Of a stretch of 64,000 nucleotides of DNA, positions 1 through 13,208 are shown in pieces; the first letter of the stretch is position 1; every line of letters starts with the position of its first letter. This stretch comes from Neoechinorhynchus agilis (lineage: Eukaryota; Animalia; Acanthocephala): positions 12,167,480 through 12,231,479 of the forward strand of contig CM121342.1 of NCBI GenBank assembly GCA_051530055.1, written 5' to 3'. Made by a program: the position numbers and the translations under genes. Below the pieces are notes generated by a model. It was not told the DNA's origin. It worked only from the letters and a program-made list of their open reading frames with translations, and did no database searches.

Positions 1-806
1 GAACAATACTGCGACGAAACGGTCGGTTGGCGTCGATCAACGCATTTGTGTAACAAATCCGCTTTAGATCTTTACCTATGGGTCAAACTTTAAACCTGCG
101 ATTAATTTATGATCAACCAGCCATTTATACATCGTACAACTTTTTAAACACAAAACTAATGATGAGACAACGGAGCTAAAGACGAACGTGATCATTGACT
201 AAAACAAATTCGCAATTTCAATCACAGAAATCAACTCTTTCACTTTTGCCGGTCCTAAAAGTGAACACGAAAGCGAAAAAATTATCGATAGCATTTAATT
301 ACGAAATGGGTGTTTATCTTAACGAACGAATTCACTAAATAATTTGTCCGTTTAAAAAATAAGACATCAGCATTAAACGTTATAGGACATGTAGTGATCA
401 TAATCCGCCCGAATAAAAAAACGTATTTTATTGATTTGGACTGATGAAGCGAGGCTACGTTTTTCGAAATATCTTCAATAAAATATGTCTTATTCGGGGG
501 ACCACACGCCTCCAATTATACCATCCCGAAGGATTTTCTCTTGATTTTCACAATAGTGACCGCAATCTCTTCAGTGATTCGGCTCGTTCAATCGTTCACT
601 TAATCTGGGAAGGAAAATTCGCGATTGGACGTCTATTTTCGCCACCTTTAAACGCATAAAACTGTCTGTTTTCTTCAACTAAACCTTTTTACTCGAGATT
701 AAGCGAGTTTCAATGAATTTGCAAAGAAATTGAACCATTCAATCGATTAGTACGAAGTCAGATGATGGCTTATAATCCCCCAAAAAAATTACGACCGGAT
801 TCGTAT

Positions 807-1217
807 TTACTGAACAATAAATGATTGACTTTCAACATCGTAGCCGATGAGTTCATGTGGAATTTCGAACTTTCCTAGCATTGCCTCCATTGTGAGACAG
901 TCTTTAAGCTCAAGAGCACGATGTTTTTCGTAAAGTTCACGAGCACATCGCTGCGCCACACATCTCCATTTTTGTATCAAAACTTGGAGCTCAGAAATCT
1001 TCTCGGCCAAACCACGACCGCCATCTCGTTTCCGCTTCAGTCTTTCGATCTTTTGAACCAATTGAGCACGGTATGTCAAGTTGAATCGCGATCGATTCCC
1101 ATCCGGGCTATTTTTTACGAGGAGGGATTTACGCATATCCCAATAATCAAAATGATTTACAGCAATTGGCGATTCGAATTTGTTTCTTCTTCGCTCCTGG
1201 TCGTCAAAGATTCTCAT
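807..1217 (-). CDS. SFR1: SFR1/Mei5-like recombination accessory factor (~136 aa, start at ATG 1217 assumed)
   Basis: C-terminus ELQVLIQKWRCVAQRCARELYE...LTMEAMLGKFEIPHELIGYDVESQSF matches the Sfr1/Mei5 pattern L..LI.KWR...Q....EL...L..LI....ID..L+.Y..E.E.F, recalled from memory. Confidence 0.75.
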   Translation of the reverse strand: MRIFDDQERRRNKFESPIAVNHFDYWDMRKSLLVKNSPDGNRSRFNLTYRAQLVQKIERLKRKRDGGRGLAEKISELQVLIQKWRCVAQRCARELYEKHRALELKDCLTMEAMLGKFEIPHELIGYDVESQSFIVQ

Positions 1218-1593
1218 AGGCGCCAATCATTTCCATATTTTTAAAGGTGGACTTTCAAGGATACTTTGAGTACGAATAGGAAATGTATGTTCGAGTAGGT
1301 CAGCTTTTATCCGTCATAAATTGGAGCGATGGAAATAAAGGTTTTGCACTCGAAAGCTACAGGATGCTAATTTCTGAAAATAGTTGAATTTTCAATTTTG
1401 ATTCGAGAAACTATCGTCCACCTTTGTACTTGGGAATATGCTACCATGAAGAAGGCGATCTTGCCCATTTTATTGTAGATTTATATTCGATCCTGGTCTT
1501 TATTCTACTTAGTGAATTGTTTGAAGAATGAACTGTTCATGCCTTTTTAGGTTTCTTGTAAGTTTTCTACAATGTAAGTTCGCGTCAAAACAA

Positions 1594-1668
1594 CCTTGAT
1601 AAAGGCACAAGATTGTGCCGAAATATCGGACCTAATAAATTCCTTGAATTTTTCAGCCATAAAAAAGT
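1594..1668. mobile_element. Half copy (right arm) of foldback/MITE family A
   Basis: ccttgataaaggcacaagattgtgccgaaatat.gga..taataaattc matches the centre and right arm of the palindromic element at 28601-28732. Confidence 0.6.
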
Positions 1669-2152
1669 GTATACTGAATTATTACATATCAATAATTTTA
1701 TTTTTTATCCATTATCAGTAGCCGCTAACAATTTAATGCTTGGCCAACTACTTAGGTAAATTTCGCAGACGCCCGAATATCTTCTTTTGGTTGTACTTAA
1801 ATTTTTAAATTTTCTTAACGAAAACCGTCAAACGAGACTTTCTTAAAAGAAATTTTTAATCATGTGAATGCCTTTTTAATGCACTTTTGATTTGGCAAGT
1901 TTCTTAAGGCGGATGCATTAATGAGAGAAAATTGAGAAAACATCTAGCGATCGATAAATTCTTATTCTAAGATATCAAACGTTACATTTTTACCATAGAT
2001 AGAAAATCCTTCGGGATAATCAAGGTATAATTTGGGTGAGCATAATCAAGGGCATTGCATATTTAATTTATTTGAAATATTTCACAAAGTAAGCCTCGCC
2101 TCATCATTCATTGTTTAAGTGTTTTATTCGCAATTGAATGCAACTATTCTAG

Positions 2153-2894
2153 ATGACAAAAGAAGCCGAAAAAAAGAAACAAATGTTTAATTTCTCACAA
2201 AAACACGCCTACTTGCTCACTGAAGATTCATCTCCATATTCAGATGCCCTAAACGAGTTGGCTGAATTGGCTAGGGTGATTTTGGGTGACGGCATTGAAC
2301 CCATACTACTGGTTGGTCGCAATTTAAACATCATGAATGCGTTGTATGAGAAACTTGAACTTATAATACAACGGGAGTTTGAACTGGAGCGTGAGGAACA
2401 TGAGCTAAGGAAATCAATTCAAGTTAGGAAAGACGTTAAGCAGAGATTAAAACGCATTCATTGTAAAATTGAGAAGTATATTCGTTACGCTGTGACTTCT
2501 TTAAGAATGCACCGCTTCAGTTAAGGAAGCTAAAGGAAGAAGGCACTTCAGTTAACGATCGTACTGCTCCGGATATCATCGATAAGCTCACAAATCAGTT
2601 AAACGCTCTTGAGGCTAAAATTGATCAAATGGCGGTACGTATATGTCTTCGACTTGTAGATAATTAATTCATTTTTAGAACGATCTCACTCAGAAATGTG
2701 AAGATCAAAGTTATGTTAAACTTAAAAAATCATATGAGGTTCCTACTATTCAACTCATTTGATAGTAACTAATTTTGCATTTTTAGGAATTTCAAACATT
2801 ACTACAGAATAATGACGAAACGAAAAAGATATTTGAAGGCTTTAAACCAAAGGGCTCTTCAGATGCTTTTAGTGCAACATTTGCGGACTTCTAA
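2153..2894 (+). CDS. Spliced coiled-coil protein of unknown function
   Basis: ORF 2153-2524 plus three small exons joined by GT-AG introns (LRKLKEEGT...KIDQMA / NDLTQ...KSYE / EFQTLL...FADF*). Heptad-rich. The first intron boundary is uncertain. Confidence 0.55.
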
Positions 2895-5800
2895 ACTTTG
2901 TTTTGAGAGGACGTTATTTTTTCCGTTGCTTTGTGTGAGGAATGAGTCTTCGGTAAAGACATCGAACCGTTTAAATGAGCTCTGATTTGAAAACAAAGTA
3001 ATTGGAGGAGGTTATTGGTTAACGGTTTAAAACGCTTGCTTCATAATTCACGGATTTACATTACACAGAAGCATTTTGACATTACCATGAGAATACAATT
3101 TCGAATGCATTGCGCAAGTCAAAGTGACCTAGATTCACTCATTAGTATATTTCATTAACCGTTTTGAAAGCGTGTTCAAAACATGATAGTCCTAAATCGT
3201 TTACATTGAATGTAACGTGGTTAGCCAATCTCGTTAACGGTACGAGGATTTCTTGTCGATAACAAAAGTTGGTCGACAATCGCAAGAGTTGAAATCGAGT
3301 AAACTTAACACGTTTGATCATTATTTCTTACTGAATTTTTTACGATATTATTATAATCTCAAAAGTTAAATGAAAGAGCTTATTAGTTTAAATGTATCGC
3401 AGAAGGTTATTGTTCACAGTAATATTTTAATCTTCAATATTACTTTAAGTTATTGCTACATCTAATTGAATTGGGTTTTCGTACAAGATAGCTAGTTAGA
3501 TTTCGTATACTCGGCTATCCGAATCTAAAGTGAAACGAGGAAGTTAAAATAAGCACTTTGAAAGCGCAATGTAATATCCGATTCTGAGTACACTTAAGGT
3601 TCGTCCGTATGGTCTGCAAAATCAGAATTCAGATTGCATCCCTTCCTCGCCTTTTTATTTTTCCTTTTGGGCACGAAGCCACAGAACCGGCTTGCCAATA
3701 ACATTTAAGAATACCAGAAGTTCTTAAAACTGCGACTTTGTGCTTTGGTTCGGGAAATCTCACTACGACCAGAAAGCTATATAAATATTATGAAACGTTT
3801 TGCGAATTATCTCTATCTTTAAAATTGAAACGGCATAAATTGATCAATTTTTCATTCTAGTAGCACTAAAGATTTGAGCCGACTTTGATTTTTGGATGAG
3901 CAATGTAATGTAAAAAATCGATTTGTCGAAGTCTCATGATCTATGTGTTAATTTGGCCGTAAAATTCCATTTTACAATTCATTTTTCAATTGTTCCATAA
4001 GCTGTTATTAAAATCGAAAAACTTAAAATGCTGCCAAGATTCTATGCACATAAAATTTTCGCGTTTTTCTTCGCATTCAATCCGTCGTCTAAGACTTGTT
4101 TATCGTTAACAAGGTCTAATGTGCCCTTGCAGGGAAACGTGATCACGCCAAAGACATGCAGACACAGTGGAATAGATTATTACTGAGACTTTGTCTGGAG
4201 TGTAAAATCATCAGACTATGCCAATTTAACGCATATGGAGATTTTGAACTAGATTTCATCGATCATTGAAGGCAAGTTTAATTCACGAGACCAATCATGC
4301 ATTAACAAGTGATTTCGGCCTAATATTTACACCCGTTTAGTTATTTTTCATCGTGATAGAATCACGGTTAATCCGCATAAAAAAGCAGTGCAAGTCAGTT
4401 TTATTGCTGAAGGAGTTTCTTGATTGGTTCCATTTACCAAAAGATTTCGGGTGACTTTTGAAGGGTTTAAAAACACTACCTTAAAATTAAGTGAAAATGG
4501 TTTAACCACAGTAGCGAATCTAAATTTTAATGTTCAAAAATCGCAGTAGTCAGAATTAAACCTTGCTCAGTTTCTAAGTTCTTTAAGCAGAAAAAGTGCG
4601 ATTTGATTGCCGTCCAAAGCAACGGAACGGTCAATAAATGTTACCTAAAGGTTGTACACAACCACAAATTGTTTTTATGTTCACTTGTTTGCATTACCAA
4701 ACAAGCGCATCGCTGACTAGTAACTTTTCAAGACCAAGTTGATTATTATCGGTATCTTCACTACATAAATTACTCAAATCTCTGTTTAAAAGAACAAGTC
4801 AACATTGAATAATGGCTTTGTTTTTTAATGACTCAAACTTGTTTTGTGCATTTCGACTCCTGCGTAATTGAGCATTTGCTCCTGTCTTATTTATAATTCT
4901 CCCTGGCATACTTTAGCTTTTGCACCCAAAAGTCAATAATTTATATAGCGCAGATTCTACAATCTATGCTGATGGTTATCATCGCCTTGATTAACTTTCA
5001 TTGATTAATTTTTTTAAGAGCGATCCTCAACCTTTGTCATACTTAAATTTTTACGTTTTCGTTCTTTCTACCATCAAGTGAATCACTTCTTCACCTTTAC
5101 TCACTGTGCAACTCGAAGACTCGAGAAACAGTAACAAAGTTGGCAATGTTGTTTAATATTCCGGATAACAGTTAGAAAATAATACGGCATTGGGTTTAAA
5201 CATGGCGAAAGATCAATAGTGAGCCATTTATTTTATCAGTCAATTCGTCTAGGGCGATTTTTCGCTAAGCAAACTTGTAACCGGGCGCTCAACGATTTCG
5301 ATGATCATCAATATCAACATCAATAGATCTATAATTGTATTTGATCCTTTGGCACGATCTATAATTGATCGATATGCAGACGTGCATGTTAAAAACCTAA
5401 CCTACAAGCAGTTGTTTATCTCACCCTTATCTCAAGTTTATAAACATAATGTTCGAAACATAACCTTGTTCATTAAAAAATAACTCCACGTGTTGGTGTT
5501 CATCTAACAAAGATTTAACTTCAGTACAAAGGGGTTCCTTTTGGTTTCGAAAGGTCATGTTTTCGAAACGAGATAATTTTGGTTTAGTGGAAGATGTAGC
5601 GCGATTATTCCTTGAAGGCAGCTAATGACCGCCTTAAAAAATGGAATTCCAGTTTTCAAGTTCTTAATGAAATAAGTAAGAACGAATATAAGGCTCATGT
5701 TGCCAAGCACGTAAGCTTCATTTCTCGCTTAGCCTATAGACATGATTGCAATAGTTTCCGAAAGCGATAACATTTTCACCGATAAAAACCACAATTAAAA

Positions 5801-6151
5801 AAATTCCCGGTTTAGTTGAGACCAAAAATAAAAATATTTTCCAAATAGGCACGATTCTGTGCGTTTCACATTTATCGATTTTATCTTAGAGCAAAACTAA
5901 AAAGAAATGGAAATATGAAAACGATTCGTATTTTACAAAGTAGAGAGTATTAGAATTTTTATGGTTGAGAATGTATGTGAGACACATATGAGACGCACAC
6001 GCGTCTTTCGCCACGCACTTCTGGCGGGTTTCCTGGGACTCAATCTAATGTCTTTACTTTTCGTTCAAGATTTTCGGCACCTATATTAACGACACTTCGA
6101 TCCGCCTCAAACAGGAATAGTCATAGTGTGTAAGAAGGATTTGGCAACCGA

Positions 6152-7226
6152 ATGGATAAAGACGATAAAACGTTCAAAAAGATCGATATCATGCAGCCAA
6201 GCTCAGAGGATTTATGTAAAGCGCAAGAGACAATCTCATCATCAACAGTGGAAGCACAGTCTTCTTCAGTTCCCTTATCAGGGAGTGGAATGACTGGTGA
6301 TTCAAAGGTCTTATTGGAGAAAGAGAATAGTGGCCATAAGGATGATGCGGTGCCTCATAAACAGGTTAAGGTTACACGGACAACATGGAGGACCCTAAGT
6401 CTATCGGTACAAAAGTCGAGCCTGCAGAAATTCCTTGATGAGATCGAAGTTCCAACCATGTACTCTAGCGATCAGGAAACCGGGATGGAACCAGTTCGAA
6501 ATCACACTCATAGTTATCCTAGCCTCACATTCGCAGTCTCAAATGAAGACGAAGTTGAGGTGTCAAACGAGATCCATCCAGTTTCGGACACAACCTCTGA
6601 ACGAAGACGCAGTTCCATTACGGCCAACAATGAAACTCGCAAAAAAATCAGTGAGTTTGAAAAACCTTTACAAACACTGTTCATTATAATTTTAAAAAAA
6701 GGCGACATCAGACATTCCCGTGCAGTGAAGAAGTCCACTAAGGGCCAACAAATCGTTAATTTGATGCATAATTTTATAAACGATCCGGAATCGGTAAACC
6801 TGCGGAATCCACTTGACTTTATTAGGCTTCGAGCAAGCGATGGAGCTATTTTTCTTATTCAAAAAAAGTATCTCCTACTTTCGAGAACACTCGCAATGGT
6901 TTTAACATCTAAAGGCAAGTGGTTTTTGGTAGGCGTTCTTAAAGTTAGTTGTCTGTGATACAGAATTAGCAGAAGATGAAGAGGAATTCACTGAGATTCA
7001 GCTTCCCTCAATATCATCAGCAGTTCTCGAGGTTATTTGCCGATTTCTCTGCTACCGATATCGGTACGTAACGATGAAACAAGTGGCAGTTATGAGAGCA
7101 GCCGGTGCTGCAGGTGCGAGCAATAAAGACTACGATGCGTTTATTTTCGAGCCAATTCCTGAGTTCCACTTTCCCAGCCATTTGGCCGCTCAACTGCTCA
7201 ATGCTTGTAACAATCTGGGTTGTTGA
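6152..7226 (+). CDS. Elongin-C-like (SKP1/BTB fold) protein with ~220-aa N-terminal extension; exons 6152-6914 and 6964-7226
   Basis: FIRLRASDGAIFLIQKKYLLLSRTL...EIQLPSISSAVLEVICRFLCYRYRY...IPEFHFPSHLAAQLLNACNNLGC* parallels Elongin C (VKLISSDGHEFIV...IPSHVLSKVCMYFTYKVRY...IPEF.I....ALELLMAANFLDC*). The frame is restored by a 49-nt GC-AG intron. Confidence 0.8.
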
Positions 7227-7494
7227 TACATCCATTCGGCATGGGGTCGTTGAGTGTTTGTGTATTAAAGCCTGAAGGTTGTATGATGAGGGTAATTGTG
7301 TGTGTGCGTGTTTGTGCGTTCGGAACCGTCTTTTACTCACCTCCACCGTAAGGCAAGTGCTCATTAACTGAACTATGCAGAGTTCATTCTTGAGAAAGCG
7401 TCAGCTGGTACTCGTGGTAGGACGACTGTGAGTCACTCACTGCCAAGCAAGGAAAAACGACAGGTGGCATCTCTCACGAAAAATCGATAATCAC

Positions 7495-8218
7495 ATGAGC
7501 ACTACTACTGAGCATCCGTCTCTTCCATTCAGCTTGTCATTTGGTGCCATGAGCTCTTTTGGAGATCTACTCATCCTGGCAGCTTCGTACTTCATCGAGC
7601 ATATCTCTTCTGCGATCCTTAAGGCCTCTTTCAACTCATGGATGAGAAATGCACACCGGAACGCTATACGAAAAGGATTCGAAATCAAAAACGCAAAACT
7701 TAAAAAACTCATCGCAAACGCTTGTAAAGGAACAAATCGACTCAGAATTGTGCACCTGCATGGGGATTCAACAAATCTTAATGGGGTAAAGAAAATTCCA
7801 AACGCAATAGAAATCCGTTCAGAGCTAATCCCGGGAGATAGTGTTGACATTGTTCTTGGAACCGGTGCCATCTGCGCGCTTATGTTTCTCCGTCTCTGGG
7901 ATAACGACGCAGAAACATGAAGCCTCATTGACGGTTGAAACATCCGATTTCCAAATCAATGAAATACACAGAATTCTTAAACCAGGAGGAATTTTCATCT
8001 TTGTAGATAATGTCTCTTACAGGCAACCTTCTATCCGATTCATTATACAGTGGATCTTTAATTGGCTCGCTATCACTGATTATAGGCTACAAAAAGTGGA
8101 AGACAGTTTTAGAGAAAGTAGATTTGTGTATGTGGAATATGAACTCTATAAAGTCAAACTCAGTGGACTCGCCGGATACTTGTTCGACCAGCATGTGCTT
8201 GGATATGCTTTCAAATAA
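7495..8218 (+). CDS. Class I SAM-dependent methyltransferase, METTL7/TMT1-like (divergent)
   Basis: DSVDIVLGT followed, after a frame change (probable intron near 7865-7922), by NEIHRILKPGGIFIF...HVLGYAFK*, resembling the METTL7 motif LQEVRRVLRPGG...HIMGKAVK. Confidence 0.6.
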
Positions 8219-9631
8219 TCCATATTTGGATTTCCCGTGTAATTCTCAAATAGCAGAAACCCGTTTTTTATTTGAAACAACTAATAAATGCTAAGCAATA
8301 AATCAAATCTCTTTGGTATAAACAAAAACTCCTTTCTCTAGAGATGAAGACTGCCCATTTCATTTGTGAATAATTTCTGTCGTTTAGTGCAAATAAAATA
8401 TAAACAGAACATTAAATCCCACTCACCTAAAGGTGTTCTTGAAACGGCGTGATGTTTAATGTAGATTTTAAAACTACTAACAACACACAGTCCAACAAGG
8501 ACGCTTCTGTTAAATAAATCCTTTTTATTCGTTATTCCTTTTTTATACAGAATCAACGATGTGATCTCATTGCAAAAGTTTATACAATTTGAAGGCTTTG
8601 AGTAATGTATTTAATGTATTATTACTCTAGTTCACGTTCAATACGTGGAAAATTTACAATTTGAAAGTAAACGAGTACCCTTGAAAGTATTTTGCGTTTT
8701 TGTGAGATTAATTTGTTTATTTCTAAGCAGTAGTGCAGCAGAATTCGTTACGTACTTTAGCCGAAGTCTCAATTGAACCAAGCGACTAATTAATTTCCGA
8801 TTAGACATGAGTTAATAAACCAGGAAATTAAATCTACATTCACCTTTACTTAATTTTTAAAGGATGCTTATTAATTCCTCAAAACGCAACTTTCCATTGA
8901 ATCGGTACTATTTATTTCTGAACTTATTAACGCCCAAAGGTCAACCTTGAATATCGAATTTCCCGAGAGGAAATGTTTGATATTCGATGATATATCCGCT
9001 TCTTTATTACGAAGAGAAAAATAATATAGCCAGTAATTTTATAAGCGGAAGGGCTGCACTAATTATATCATCCAAACGCAACGAGGAATATTGAAGGATC
9101 GCGATTTACTTTAAAGTCTTGAACTTGTGATAGGAACATTTCTTTTAACTTATGCACATTCTGTAAAAATTTATGCCGACATTTGATATCAGCAGCTGAA
9201 GCGATTGTTCCCAATGAATACTTGATTGCTATAATCATTTTGTTGCGCCGTTTTTATTAACCACAAAATATTCGACTTCAAAGTTTAATTCACGAACGTG
9301 TTGAAGAAAAATTTCTGTTAGGTACAATGGAAAGATTTGGGCGATCGAAATGCGGTGCACGAATGTTCCATTTTTGTCATGTGAAGTAAATGGCGAACTA
9401 CGAAACTTTGCGTCCGCTGCCATTTTCGCTGTTCAGATTGCGGCCTAATTGGAATAAAACTACAATGTCATCTTCAGTAAAAACACTTACTGAGGAACTC
9501 AAGTTTACGATGACAATAAACGGAGCATCCGTTACCCACATTTGCCATGCTCATTTTAAGATATTATTTTCGTATCGTATAGATTCATAATTTTATAGAC
9601 GGGATGCACTAAAGTGAATAGAAATAACTAT

Positions 9632-9797
9632 ATCACTGGCGATCCGAGGACAGGAGCATTCCTCCTACAAAACATAAGCCTGGCTGTGCAACGAGGGAAC
9701 GCTGCATCCGTCCTTTCGACTGTTACAACAGGACGGCGGCTGAGTGATCCAGAGCGGTGGTGTGAATGATTTCATGACATTTATAATTAAAAAAAAG
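9632..9797 (+). mobile_element. 5'-truncated 3' end of a CRE-like (RLE) non-LTR retrotransposon
   Basis: Translates ITGDPRTGAFLLQNISLAVQRGNAASVLST, the typical C-terminal GDPR...QR.S.A.QRGNA motif, followed by a stop and an A-rich tail. Confidence 0.8.
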
Positions 9798-12700
9798 AAG
9801 TTGAAAAAATATATTTTTCATTATTTATTCTGTTGTGAGAATGATGCTAAAATTAGGCATTAAATTTTTTTAAATTCAGTGCAAAGCGATGAAACCATTG
9901 CGCAATTATCTTGACTTTTTAGTCATTGGCAAAAAAATGCAATTCCTTCAAAATGTCGACGAATGATGCATACCTGATGCAAAAAATCATTCCCCATAGC
10001 AAAATTCTCATCACGTCGTCGCTTTTCGACTACTAACGATTCCTGAATTTTAAAATTCCTCGAGACTAAGAGTCGGAACGAGATTTAATAGACTCAAAGT
10101 AAAAGTTCAGTAGGTTAACACTTGGTCGAAAGAATAAGTTTTTGTTGACACATTGGTTTTTAAATTGACACTTGAGCGATCCAGTAACATAAATTTTAGA
10201 ATAATAAAATGCTTTAAATTTGGATTTTAGGTGAGATGCGACTTTCACGTCTTGAAGACTTTTATTTAGGTTAAAAAACCTGGAATTTTACAAGTTTATT
10301 CTCTATTTTAAAAGATACATAAGAAAGCTAAACATTCATTTTGAACCTTTTTTAGAATTGAGCACTTAAAAGGACGTCTTATATTTTCGTTCAACTTGAA
10401 ACGGTCTAAAGACACTTTCCCATCCGGATCTGGAATAAAATGCTAAATTCCGAACTTGAATAATATTGCTGCCACTGTTGGGAAGTCGGCATCAGTAGTG
10501 CTTCTTTCAGGCACTAATGCTTTCTCTAATATTCCACTTGGTTTCCCTCCGCTCTTTCCGATAAATTCCTTCTTTAGTGGTCGTGCATTTTTGTACTGAT
10601 TGCTTCATGTCTTCCAAAATACGCAATTCGGTTAGTATTTCTATCCGGTCATTAGGCCAATCCTGATCCGCACACTTATTCTAAAAGATCAGTAATCCAC
10701 CGTATCACTGCGAAAGATCCGAGATAGTGGATCGAAATATCCAATAAAAATCTTAATTTCATTTATCTCTCCTATCAACAAATAACAATGAATTACCTTT
10801 TCAACATGATGCTAATAGTATTTCTTTGAACGAATAAAGTTCACCGTCAACACTACGTGCCAATCGTATTTGCATAAAAAAGTAAAATCCAATTATTCTC
10901 GACATTTTTATCCCATCTTTGTAAGTGGGCAAGGAACCATCTCCTATTATACCGACTTGCGTAAGGTTCAAATTTGCATCTCACAATATGCCTTTCCCTT
11001 AGCCATGTCAATGAATTCTTTAATATAATCGACGGATTCATGATTTGTGGAAGATGAACATTGAAGTTATCTCTCTTATTTAGGTGTACAACAGTTCATT
11101 GAATTTCAAATCTTAGATCTGAAAAATTTCTGTACACTGAATATTCTTTTTTTTCAGACTTCAGCATCAATTCCTTATCTCTATTTACTAAGCCGATTAA
11201 ACAATTTGCACCATTCGTACCGGTTTCCAGAAAGTTTGCATATTTGATTACCTCGCATTCTGGATTTCCTACCGAACCGGCTCGACAGTTATCGGTAATT
11301 TCCTTTATTCCATCAAATGAGACATTGCTTTTTCGTCTTTTATAGAGACATCAAGGCAAAGAGTGCGGAATCACATCTTTTGGCATGACTCTCGTCTCAA
11401 TTCCCTCTTTGTACATCCCAACACAAGACGACATAACGAATTAGTTCGATAAATGCCAAAAGTAGTCTCTTTAGATATTTGCGTTCCTTGTAAATGATAT
11501 GTCACTTTCAATTGATGTCCTATATTACTTTCTGAGACTTTATCGCTCCTGAAATCCGTCTCGAGAACTTTATATTTCTTCTCATGCATGGTATAAAAAC
11601 ACCAAGTATAAAATTCAAGCGAGTACTTACGGCAATTCAACAGCATTTTTATTAAAAAACTTTTCTAGGAGCACAAGAACCGTCACTATGGCAACCTAAA
11701 TACCTGTAGAAACATTAAGTTCCAAGATAGAAGCAACGGAATTCTAAAAGCAAAACACTCCCTAGGTTTGTAAAAAACATTGTTTACTCCGTTCAATATT
11801 TGCCAAGTACGCGTATCGGTTTGTCTAACCGAACCCTATAATCGGATCCCCAATACGTCTTTATCCTATCTTCGACAATCATAGTAGCCAAGGCGTCATA
11901 TGGCTATTATCGCTAACACATCCACCTCTTTGCAAACCAAGGAAGCGAGCCTAGCCCGCCCATTACTCCGGGCCTTTTATTCTTACCACATTCGGGGAAT
12001 GATAGTCTGCCGTTACCGAGAGACTTTGATGATGTCGCTTTTGTGATCCTGCACACTTCTCCCGCTCTTATTTTGGTTTCCATCTTCTTTATCGTTCGTA
12101 GACAGGATTTGCTGATAAGACTTGTGTTGTTAGGCAGGAGAGTATCTCTTTACTGTATTCGCTCACGGTCATAAATCTTACACAACAGCGAGCTCTCAAT
12201 AGTTGACATTTTCGGTTTCTTTTTTTGCCTTCCTTCCATTGATATCTAAAAAATATCCGCTCACTAATGACGATGGTCAGCCGAGATTTGTCGCGACGCT
12301 TGTTTTCCCATTTACAGCTCTTATCATTCGTTTGATTGCAATCGAAAGTGTCAAACTAAGAAGCAATGATCCATTTAAATCCGATACTTCCACCCACGCC
12401 CCTGCAACGCCCTCCGGCTTCCACCTCCGTCAATTCCCCTGCAAATTCGTGCGCATCAGTTCCTAAGTGTACGGAATGTGATACATTTCATCAAGCCGTA
12501 CCGTGTCGTTTCTCAACTAATAATTTTGTGACTTGGGGTCGACCGCGAAGGTGTCATATCTTGTTTATATATCATCTCGGTTGATCGAAAGTCGTGTCGC
12601 AGAGAAAGAGGAGACTATGCTACAAGGAGAATTCTCCGGAAATCCCATGAAGTGAATTTTTAAATTAGCCTTTCCACCTCAATTTCCATGTGATTTTTAT

Positions 12701-13208
12701 TATGGGTAATTGCACCTTAACGAATAGGATCACAACAAATTATCATTAGTATAATCATTCGATCATTCCAGTCGCCGGCCATTCCTTTTGGTTAATGGGG
12801 TTTTTACTGGTAGCGATCTCAATGTTTTGCGTGACTCCTAGAACGGAAAGACCTTTTTATATTGAGCAATGACACCTAATTCCGTCTTTATTTAGTTCAT
12901 GTGTTGGATCATTTATGGCAATGAGTACCGATCGCGTCGGGGGATTATCGTTTCATGTCTACAATAGTTCACATTTCTTGCTCTACGATTTGATTCTAAA
13001 CCAACTCCTTAAACATATGTGAGACTGTCGTTTTAACCTCATACATAGAAAAGTGCAACCTTGTGCAAAAAACCTCCTTAACTTTTGCTATTTTGAACGT
13101 GCTACAGATTGTTGTTTCATTATTTTTCTGGTTTTTATCCGACCCCTTAGGATAATTCTCTTCGATCGATTCACTTTTTGTTGATTTTTCAGAACAAAAC
13201 CTACAGCA

